In this document: in pieces, positions 14,141 to 24,711 of the stretch
How positions within the stretch are numbered: position 1 is the first letter of the stretch
Layout: every line of letters starts with the position of its first letter
Origin: Bigelowiella natans CCMP2755
Taxonomy: Eukaryota; Protista; Cercozoa
Direction of reading: 5' to 3'
Assembly (NCBI GenBank): GCA_000320545.1
Contig: ADNK01001518.1
Location: 1-40,203 of the forward strand
Length of the DNA stretch: 40,203 nucleotides
Made by a program: the position numbers and the translations under genes
The notes under the pieces: generated by a model
What the model saw: the letters and a program-made list of their open reading frames with translations, nothing else
What the model was told of the DNA's origin: nothing
Database searches by the model: none

Positions 14141-14838
14141 GCTCTCTCTCCGGGGATTCGCCGCAGGGAGAGAAGATCTTCACACGTGACTCTGGAACAG
14201 AATCCATGAAGCGGAGTGGATCTTCTGACGCGAAAAGGAAGCTAGACGATGATGAAAGAATCTCTAGCGGGAGAAGTTCGAAAGCACAGGTACTTATCCT
14301 ACGAGGCTTGCGCTCGGGAGCTTAAGCTTTGATGTGTTCTCAGCGTTCTGAGGCATGGGGAAATCAGATGGACTCCACAAACAAATCGAGAAATTGAGGG
14401 AAGGAGAACAAGTTGAACGAGCAATTGGGAATTGCGCATGTGCAATGTGCATTTTGTACGTGCGACAGTGAGATGGAACATACTGTGTCGCAGCAGCTAG
14501 CTGCGTGGGCACAGCCACTCGCTCCCTTTGCGTCTGCACAACTGCGGCATTAACGAATTGGCACAAGCATGCGGATCAACACGCTCAACGCTAGAACGTA
14601 TAAACGTGTGCCATGGCCATGACTGTGCTATCCATGCAGTCGATCATCATGCATGGCTGATCGATGAATGCCATTCATCTTGCAGCTAGCAGCTGTCCAA
14701 CATTTCATTTCTACTCACATCAGAGAACTCTAGAACTTGTTAGTACTGCACAAAATGCACTGCTGGTGAGCAGAGAGAGGCGCACACGGCAATCGTACGA
14801 CATCATTTGACACGGCTAGCATCACTCACTTAGCATGG

Positions 14839-16432
14839 CTATTCGACGCTGGAAGTCTCTTTAGGTTTAGCAAAATATTTTGCAAGCCAAGGTCCTGTTT
14901 GGCCTTGATAATGTGAGCCAAGCGCTGTTGTACCGTAAGGTTTTTCTGGAACGCATCGATTACGGAAGAACTGCATGAGGCATATTGGCTGACCATCATA
15001 TATAGTGACTGTTTCGTGTGGGCGAACCTCAAGGACACCATTACTTCCTCTTAACCCACCGTGCTCATCGATCCCAAAGCCTGGATCAAAGAACCCTGCA
15101 TAATGAGCTCGCAGCTCGCCAATGTTGTGGGAGAATGGAATCATTTCTGCGCTAAATTCCTTCGGCACGGCAACACGCTCTTTAATGCAGAGGATGTAGA
15201 AACGGTCTTTCTCCAAAACTAAGCGGCCTCCATTTTCGGATCCGTAGTAAGAAATTGGACGGAAAAAATCTTCATGTGAATGTCCAGAGACTCTTTTCAG
15301 ATCAACAACATCGCTGGTTGAAATAGCTTCATATCCAATAATTTCTCCATGTGTCCTGGGGACTCGTATCCCAAGAATTATCTGATAAGGATGAATATTA
15401 ACAAAGTACAATTATCTTTAGATCAGAGTTAGGTTACCATGCCATTGTGCAAGTTGAGAGGAATTTCCTTCTCATCATCCCCGTACAACAGAGGAGGCAT
15501 TGCCCCATCGCTCCTGCTGACCTCCCCCTTCCCTTTCTCCTCCTCATTGTCGTCGTTGTTCATATCAAATCCATTTTTTGACGAAGACAAAATCATGAGC
15601 TGGGTCAATGCGAGTCCACGATAAATTCTAACATTGAAAGAACGTGGGGTCACTTCAACCCAGAGCTCGGCACATTGTGATCCTTGCACACCGTCTGCAG
15701 TTGCTGCGGTATATTCTGGTATCACGTCGTACAACCCGCAGCCATCCACGACCGAACGCACCATTACATCGATCCGCCCGATGGAGCTTTTAGGGCTCAA
15801 TACTCCTCGACACCCAGACGGGAGAGTAACCTTAATTACGGAATTGATTAACTCTCAATTACAAAACACAGACTGCAAGATTGTTCGAAGAGCATCACCT
15901 TTCCGCAGCGAATAAGATAGGATTGGCCCTTGAGAAGAAGAACGCCCTCCTCATTGTCACCGAAGTCCCACTGCTGCAGTGTAAGCGCTGGTAAAAGATT
16001 CGAGAGGTTCTGGCGGAACGGTAGAACGCGTTCTTTAAGCAAATGTACGGGACCTGATATAGGGATATCTATCGTAGCTGGCTGCACATAATCAAGCAGG
16101 GGTGGAGATACTAGCGGTGATCGCACCCGTGCTTCTGGCCCTATATCAAAATCAAAGCAGTCTTGATCTATGAGTTGTTTCAAGTCCTTATCAACCAGGA
16201 CAAATTCGTCGTTCGGAACAGAAGGATAAAGCCGCTTCTGTGATAGGCATGCCGTCCTCGATAGACGAAGCAGCTTCGAGGTTGTAAGTAATGAGGCGGA
16301 ACGGAATTTACTTCTCCGGTGCAGAAGAATTGCCCCTGGCTGTTGGGAAGTTGTAAGTAGAGCTATCGTTGCGGTCGAGATTATGGCAAGTGCAGCGCGC
16401 ACTGCCCTTCTTCTTTTCATGTCGTGAAACAT
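14839..16432 (-). CDS. dcd: Bacterial-type long-form (two dUTPase-like domains) 2'-deoxycytidine 5'-triphosphate deaminase with an N-terminal bipartite targeting-like leader; 3 exons, ~489 aa
   Basis: Exons 16432-15899, 15830-15438 and 15381-14839, joined by phase-0 GT-AG introns of 68 and 56 nt. Motifs VQPATIDIPIS, GVLLLKGQSYLI, LSPKSSIGRIDVMVR, LWVEVTPRSF, FYILCIKERVAVP, AEMIPF, GELRAHYAGFFDPGFG, GVLEVRPHE and SHYQGQ..LAKYF match the ~360-aa Dcd family (Pfam DCD) as I recall it. Start ATG is 16432 or 16420. Confidence 0.9.
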
Positions 16433-16817
16433 TTTGTCAGACGTTATAATCAATCCCCTCCTTTTCTTCCTCAAAGCGGAAAATGTTTCTTCAGGGGCAG
16501 CTGCCTGAGCAAGCAGCACTGGTTGCCTCCTCCCCCCCTCCCTGGACACTCCCGAAGATGAATGAAACCTGAGCAATGGAAAAGGCCTGCGTTCAATGAC
16601 TACGACACGATATCTCGCACAAGGACATTGTCATTCTGTTGCTGCGACAACATATATCAGAGATATCTCGTCGCAGGAGGCATGGCGTTTAGAGGTTGCG
16701 ACATCGGATACCGGTTCCGATTGATTCGTCGACGTTGTGCGTTCGTGCAATCCTCCCTCTCCTCCCCCTTCACCGTTCGAAGAGCTTGCACACAGATAAG
16801 GGGGAGGAAATTGGTTG
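16433..16817. promoter_or_regulatory. Putative bidirectional promoter between dcd (-) and ferroportin (+)
   Basis: ~385 nt between divergent ATGs; free of microsatellites; repeated TGCGACA (16643, 16697) and GATATCTCG (16609, 16662). Confidence 0.5.
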
Positions 16818-17503
16818 ATGGCGGAGGACGATGACTATGAACCCGTGCGCCTCAGCATGCAAGCTGATAACCCAATCAGTCCCTCTGCCCGGAGTGCTTA
16901 CTGGTATTCATCAATTCCGACGTGGCATGGAATAATTCACGATTAATACGTCGAGTTTTTAGGCGAGTCTGCGCGCTGGAACTTATAGCCGCTTTCGGCG
17001 ACAGACTGTGGCTGTTTGCGATTCCGATACTTTTCCAGGAGGTGAATCAATGAATCACTTTTCCTGCTTGGCCAAACACATTGCCTTTAATAATAACGGA
17101 GGTAGTTACATAAGATTGCACGGTATGCCTCCTCCATTCCATGCGATGTGAGAGTAATTACCTCTTATTTCTTGTAAACACAGATATGGCCAAGGACCCT
17201 GTTACCTGTGGCTATCTACAACTTTGTGCTCTATTTAGTCTTGGTTATGATAATGCCTTATGCAGGTATTACAGCACTTGTGCAAAATCGCTGTTGATTA
17301 TATATCTTACCTTTACCTCCGCTGTTACAAATTTAAAACGTAAACGTAATTCTTCCATTCACTCTTCAGTGCTAAATGTCGGACATGTTTGCATTGATTC
17401 CTCCTTGCCACAAAGGCACCCTCATCGACTCACGGCCAAGAATGAAACTGATGGCAACGACAATTGTAAGATGTGAAAGAGACCGAACTATACATACGCA
17501 TAA

Positions 17504-17580
<77 letters not shown>

Positions 17581-18688
17581 ATATATTACTTTTCACGCAA
17601 AGACGTACATGTTTTGCGTGTGTATGTTCTTGTATGGTATTGGTTTTAAATACAAACCTATCCTCTTGGCAGTCATTTTTCGCCGCAACACAATGAAAAT
17701 GCTACTCCTTCGCTGGATTGCACATTAATTATTCATATCCATTGAGACCTAACACTTGTGTATTTTTGCTAGATTCTGGATAACATCTTTGTGACTTTTT
17801 CTTGTGCATTCACCTTCACAGCAAGGTTGCAGAATAAGCTCGAAATTGAGCTGCACTCAACTTTTGATTGTAGTGGCCACTTCCTCATTTTCTTCAAAAC
17901 GACCCCGTTCCCTGCTCCCTATACTTACATATTTTACACAATAATCCTCTTCTCCCCCCTAATAACTTGGTGCTAGTTTCTTCATTGGAAAGGACCATAT
18001 ATTGTGGGCGCTGTTATCAGCTACAATCCTGTCGTCAATCGTCGCGCAGTTTTTTGCGAACACGGTCGTAGTAAAACAGTAGTAGTGGTGATGAAAAGCG
18101 ATGCTAAATGTTGTTGCACAGATGGCTAATTGACTGACTGACGACGACGATGATGATGATGATGATGATGATAATCAGAAGAGAGATGATAGGTAGATAT
18201 AAGCAAGGCATGTCTTTAAAACTTAAAACTTCATCATTCGTGCGCAAATGGGCAGTACGGAAGGTATTCTTGCTGCGGTTTCTTCGTACCTCTTTTCCAT
18301 TATTTCTCCACTAATTTTATCTTCTCTTTGCTGCTTCCACAGGGAACAAACGCTTTGGAGAAGGACTGGATACCTATACCAGCGTGATGCATGGAAACCG
18401 TAACATCGCTTATGGTGGGGGAGAGAGAGAGAGAGGGGGGGGGGGGGGGGGGGGGGGAATGAGAGAAACGAACAGTAGCCCAATATTTTATTCTGGAACG
18501 TATAACGCCAAGGATAAACACAGTTGTGAGGCGTAAGTATTCGTCTTCTTGTGTTGAATAGGGAGCAATTCTGGATATTTAACCAACTTGAACTCGGCAT
18601 TGCGTCGAGTGGACTTGGTCTGCAAATTTATAGGTATTGTGCCCATTCGCTGGGAAACAGATGCTGTATGGCCATGCTTGGATTATAA

Positions 18689-18737
<49 letters not shown>

Positions 18738-19097
18738 CAACATAGACACGATACTACAGCGCATCGTTGTAAGCGTGTAGTTTGTGATGGCCCTGTTGGG
18801 AACTGCATAGTTTATTTAGAAATATAGACTAAATATATGAGAAGGCACAGGAAACTCTCTCATCTATCTTCTTCGAGACACATCGGCTTAGTTACTCTAT
18901 GTTGTTGTTGTTGTTTTAAATTGACACCTTCTCCTCCTAATCGCTGCGCTACAATCTTTCTCCAGCACCAATGAGCTTTGGATTTATGCTAGAATTCTTA
19001 AGTTCTGACAGAGCAGCACGTATTAGAATAGGGTGAGTCCGAAAATTGTGTGATTGCTTATGGATCACCTATGTTACTATTAGACAAGAATTCTCGC

Positions 19098-19143
<46 letters not shown>

Positions 19144-19632
19144 TCTCCGTCTCCGCCCCTCTTTCGTTTTCTGATGACCTTATGTAAACAGTGTTATCGT
19201 TGTCGCCGTTGCCTGTTGGTATAGTTGTGGCACCGCTGGCCGAGTATTGAGACTTGTAGAGATGAGTTTCTTGCTCGTTGTATCTGTGCTTACTACGGTC
19301 TACATGCATATTGCAGCGCCTCTTTCGTGGCCATCTGGAACTTAGCATCGTTGGTCCCCGAATTATCCCTCGCGCACGCGATTTATGCAAGGGCCCCAGC
19401 CCTCTCTTCACGGCGTGCCAGCAACCCGAGTGGAATCAACGGCGGTGACGACGATAAGGATGTCGCCGACCTAGTTACACGCTTAGAAGTCGCCGAGGCA
19501 AAGGCAAAGGAAATAGTCGGACAGAGCCAGCAGCCTTTCGCGCGTTGTTGCAAGAGAGTCCCAGGGTTTGGCCCCCTAGTTTCTGGGTGGGGGGTTTGGT
19601 GGTCATCCGAAGTCAGAGGGCTGTCTCTAGGT

Positions 19633-19668
<36 letters not shown>

Positions 19669-20971
19669 TGATGGTTTGCTCGACATTGCGTAAGCATATA
19701 TTGTTGCTTTGGGTGTGGACCGTTGGAGCGAAAGTAGCAGTAGTAGTAGTAGTAGTAGTAGTAGGAGCAGCTGCCTGTTGATTGTAGCAGAGACAACGAT
19801 GTTCGTGATCTCCGCTAGCCTTTTTTCTGATCGGAGCCCCTCTTATATTAATATATATTGCAGGATACACTTTGCTCTACGGCACCATATTAGCCCCAGG
19901 CCCTCTTCTGACCGCATATCTGAAGTCAATCAACATACCCGAAGGTAGGTTTGTTTGTTACAAGCGGTGCGAGATGATATTTCTGCCTACAGGATTGGGC
20001 TACGTGTCTCTGTGCTTACCTGCCTGTTCCCATCACCCTTTTAATTCTCTATGCCTGTAAACTGCACACCATCACATCATTGCTGCTTCTATTGCTACTG
20101 CTGCTGCTGCTCTTACTCCTCCTCCTCCTCCTCCTACTCATACTACTACTGCTACAACTACATGATGCACGAACGATATGATACTCCTCACCGACCTACA
20201 AGGTATAGTGGGCGCCACGATGGGACTAGGAGCTGTGTTCGGGTTGATAGGAACGGTTGTGTTTAAGCCCATGACGAGATGTATGAGCCTTCCAGGTAGC
20301 ATCAACATCAACATGTCCTCTTCTTTTGTCTTGGTTGCTCTCTATCCGTACGCTTTCGGTCTAAGTTGTTTGTTCTTCCGGGCTCTTATTGTACTGGTAG
20401 AGTTCCGCAAATAATCCTAGCATCCCCCCCTCCCCCCTACCTCCTGGGAATATATCGTCAGGAGTTGGTCTTGCATCCATATGGCTGTGGTGCATCTTCC
20501 TTGCCCCTACCGTACGTACTTGCTAATGTGCTATTTGGTTGAAGGCGATAGAAATGATGGAAATGATGAAAATGATGATCGTGCTCTTGCACTCTTTTGC
20601 TGTTGGATGCTTGTTAGGCAGCAATATTCCTACTGTCAGATGATGCGATGGGACTGCTGGGAGGGGGCCAGAGTAGCAAGCAGCATAGGGGGTGGGTGAG
20701 CGACATGGGAGTCAATCAGTTCTTCATTCGTGCAGCATGGACACGCTACTACAACTGCTACTACTATACTACTATTTCCACTAGTAACCCTACCACCCCA
20801 TTGTTACTTGCGGTGGCCTCTTCAACAACTGCCATCTTTCATCACACATGCGACTCCGTTGTTGGATGTAAACAGGTACGTGATTCTCGCATGTGTCACG
20901 GTTGGGAGAATCTGGTTGTGGGCGTTCGACTTGGCTGAAACGAAGATCTTGCAAGAGGTGAGAACTAAATA

Positions 20972-21052
<81 letters not shown>

Positions 21053-21784
21053 AGTGTGTATGTGCGGTAGTAGAGCACACCTGTTATCTGTAAGAGCCAT
21101 GCAGGGGTAATAGCTTCTGCTGCAATGCCACAACTACAAACTACGACTACTTTAGCACCATCCCTTCATGTTCCTCCCCAACGCTACCTGCCATCTTGAA
21201 CATCGTAACTCATCACAATCACCATCATTATTACATCATCATTACATCATCATCATATCGCTATCATTGTTATATCAGTGGGTGATGGATGGTAGCCGTG
21301 GACGTGTGGCGGGCTGCCAGTCTTCCCTGTGCACAATGTTTGCGCTTTGCGTCTATGGACTGTCCGTGGCGTATCATGAACCTGGAGATTTTTATCTCCT
21401 CGTTTTCACTAGCTTTGGATTCGTCGTTTGTGGTATTAGACTCCTTGATTCCCCCAATCATTTTGAAGTTACTTTTCATTGTCAATTCACTCGACACGAA
21501 GATGTCGTAATACCTACGTGTGGACCACGTTTCTTCTGAAGATTGAGGGTGTGAAGTAGAGCATGTCTCTTTTAGGCACGGTGGTAACGACTCTATGGTA
21601 TTGTTTCGTCGGACCATACCCTGCAGCAGAACAAGATTATCTAAATCTTGAGGTGCAATTCCTGGAGTTGAATGAGAGTAAAGAACCTGCGCTATTCAAA
21701 ATGGAAGACGATGACTATGATGATGATGATGATGATGATGATGAGATTGATAGCCATGATTTGAGATTCCCTGCGTCGGGATGA
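16818..21784 (+). CDS. FPN1: Ferroportin / SLC40A1 / IREG-family metal exporter (MFS), multi-exon
   Basis: Exon translations in the expected order: MAEDDDYEPVR..AYW/RVCALELIAAFGDRLWLFAIPILFQE; IWPRTLLPVAIY; GTLIDSRPRMKL; GTNALEKDWIPI; LTNLNSALRRVDLVCKFI/APMSFG; VAIWNLASLVPELSL; SGWGVW; YTLLYGTILAPGPLLTAYL; GRIWLWAFDLAETKILQE; RGRVAGCQSSLCTMF..EPGDFYLLVFTSF. These are the ferroportin hallmarks GDRxWxF, ERDW, RRIDLxCK and RxGLWxFDL. Stop TGA at 21782-21784. Confidence 0.9.
17508..17578. repeat. Long (AT)n microsatellite in a ferroportin intron
   Basis: About 35 AT units, directly visible. Confidence 0.95.
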
Positions 21785-21999
21785 TCATCATGTGTGGCCG
21801 TCCGACATTAAACACGAAGAAGTCAATATACGCTACATTGGTTGGGCGAGTACGTACACGCACGCTCCATATAGCTCGGGAGGCAAGCAGGATCGGAGCA
21901 TCGCATCTTTCGTTTCTCTGACTTTTTTAGGACCATGCACATGCATTAAAGCGCTTATCATATATAGAACAAGTTCACCTACGCATAATAGACACAGCA

Positions 22000-22075
<76 letters not shown>

Positions 22076-22584
22076 ACATATTGCATGTCTATCATACGCT
22101 CGTTGCTCGCTAGTATTACATTTCGTGCATGTGAATGGCCACACTCAGCGACGCGTATGGACCAGCACTGTGCGCACATACGTACTGCGTAAGTATGTGA
22201 GAGCAAGAAGCATTCGCAAATGGTACAAGCTAGCAAGGTAGGCTACATGCGTGCAATGCAGCCTGTGCATATAATAGCATGTGGGTGACTGGTGAATACA
22301 CTAATCGATCCGGATGTACATGCACACGCAACAATATGTGATTAAGCAGGTGACGGCGAGCGACCCACTACTAATTCAGCAGTGATATCGTAGCATGCAA
22401 TGTGCGCGCCCGTGGCGGCCAGAGCGAACAAGGGCGCGCACGCGCGGCGGCGGAGCAACGTACTGACTATAACAACAGTCGCATAAGAATGTACGCAACG
22501 CATTAAGAGAAGTCATGAAAGACTTCTACGTAAATGCACAAGATACCGAGTAATTGATAATTGGCTGCTTAAACACTTCAAAAT

Positions 22585-23969
22585 CTACCCAAAAATGGAA
22601 GCCAAGACATCCGGGCTAGTGTGTGTAAGGATTATACCCTCTTTCCCATCATCCTCTCCCTCTTTATCATCTCTATTGTCTTCTGGAGCCACATTTTCAT
22701 TTCTTTGTAATGCAATTTCGTCTAGTTTATCGTCGTCGTCAAAGTTTGGCATGTCACTATGGACTTCTATTTGGCCCTCACTCCTTTCCTCGTCGGGACT
22801 GTTTTCAGAATGCCTTGAAGCAGAGTTGTCTATCTCTCCCCCTTGACGTCTCATTTGTATTGATTCTTTGGTTACATTCTGGAAAGCACTTGATCGTACT
22901 CCCATTAGAACGAGATCATCATCTTTGATGAAGGTTTCATTTCCATTTCCCAAATCTTCTAGGTCCAGACTGTCATCTGAGAATTTGAATTGCGACGTCA
23001 TTTCATTCAGCTTTTTTTCCTCTATTTGTTTCAGTAATTTCCTACGTTCAGCTTCTTGCTGTGCTCCAGGTCTAGGAGTTGCCACAACATCAACTAAATC
23101 TTCTCGACATGCTATTGTTTCAATCTGCTCACTTGGTTGGAATTTTACTTTGCACGGTCTCCGCGCACGAGCGGATTGAGGAGAGCCGACAAGTTTGTGT
23201 TGAAGAATTTCTCTTATCTCCCTTCTGAATTTTTCAATCTCCCGTTCTTCTCGATCATACTGCATCTCCTCAGCTTCTTTATATTCTATGTCACGCGTTG
23301 AATAAGAAGTTTGGGGACGGGCAGTACCGAGGTCCAACTTTCCAAGAGACTGCTTTATTTGATTTCGGCGAGCGTTTTCAGGAGATCTCTTATCCTCTTC
23401 GTCATCATCCTCGGGTTGTTGTTGTTGTTGTTGTTGTTGTTGTTGATTTTGTTGCAGCACAGGCCTCCTCACTGCGCCAGGCGAGTCTTTCACAGTCCAT
23501 CGTGGGGTGATGATAAATTCACTGTCGCCAAAAGTGTTTTCAGCGCCACTTTGCAGCCTACTCAAGGGCAACTGTGGAATCTCTGCCTTTGACTCCTGTA
23601 TTGGACTCGGCTGGGGTTTAGGTATTTTGGGTTTCCGACGACGAGACTCTTTTTTCTTGCGCCGCGACGGTGTTAGGGATGTTCTCGCAGATTGTGTCTG
23701 CCGACAAGGTTTCAGCACGGCAGGAACACGTGGTCGCCGATTAAACTTGAGCTTCTAAATATTAGAGATGGGCTTGGTACGTGCTGGCTCACTCATAGTG
23801 TCTAATCCCAGAACTAGCGAATCAATTTTTCATACAGTTTTGTTTTATGTTGTGAAACCGAAAATAACAGTACCGCACGCAGAGGTAGGGAGTCATGGAG
23901 CTTCCTCAACACTGGAGGAAGAAGGCCAGCTTTTCGTTTTTCATCGAATGAATCCCGCATCGATTTCAT
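22585..23969 (-). CDS. Hypothetical hydrophilic, acidic/low-complexity protein (large exon 23754-22585; short 5' exon(s) tentative)
   Basis: 377+ codon ORF opening after a TTTAG acceptor at 23755-23756 (KLKFNRRPRVPAVLKP..); poly-Q and coiled-coil-like EEREIEKFRREIREIL. Candidate first exon MKSMRDSFDEKRKAGLLPPVLRKLHDSLP from ATG 23969, but I could not make its splice phase fit. No recognisable domain. Confidence 0.6.
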
Positions 23970-24711
23970 TTTGACAGGATGCCCTGACGATGGAGCTGTT
24001 GTCAGTCACTCCAACGCTAGCCGGCGCCCTTCCGACTTCATCACCCGATTTTTATTTTTTCCGATACTTTTTTTTGCGGAATTCGACCCTTCAATATGTC
24101 GCTTGCAGACTCTTGATGTGGGCATTTCAGGCTGAAACAGGAGCTTAAGATGATTGTCGCTGAAGAAAGGGCATTGATTTTACATGGATTTCTGTTGCAG
24201 CGACGGCTGATTGGATTTCTGTAAATAAAAACCGGGAAAACGGCATAATCGAATTTAAATGGAATTGGGGGTCCCAAATTGAAGAAATTATCGGTTGAGC
24301 ATGGACATATGACCTTCTCGCAAGATACGATGCGAGTTTGTTCACGCAGAAGTCTCCTCAGAAATTCAGATGGTTTATGAAACATAAAATAAATAAAACA
24401 CTATAAATGAGTTCTATTTTGAAATATTAAAGCCAGTAAGATTGGATATCTTACCAAATTAGCCAACATATTATTCCCGAAAAACATGTGCTTGGATGAT
24501 ATTTGCTGGCCAGATCCCATGCAAGATTTTTGAAACGGTAGCGAAATTCAACATATTTTTATTTAAAGACAAGACATATTCTTTGTCTCAATGATAAATA
24601 AGGCGCGAATCAGATAATTTCACACCGCGGGCGCCTGAGAGAGACAGGGGTCCTACACACCAGATAGCTTGAGTAACAAAGGAGAGCCTCGCAGCCCAAA
24701 CACTCTTCATC

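Noticed and set aside
14839-16432. dcd as bacterial contamination or misassembly
   Set aside because: It has two canonical in-phase spliceosomal introns and a eukaryotic-type leader, and is contiguous with eukaryotic genes.
16433-16576. ORF-track extension MLRFHSSSGV.. of dcd
   Set aside because: It begins at a non-ATG codon; the first in-frame ATG is 16432.
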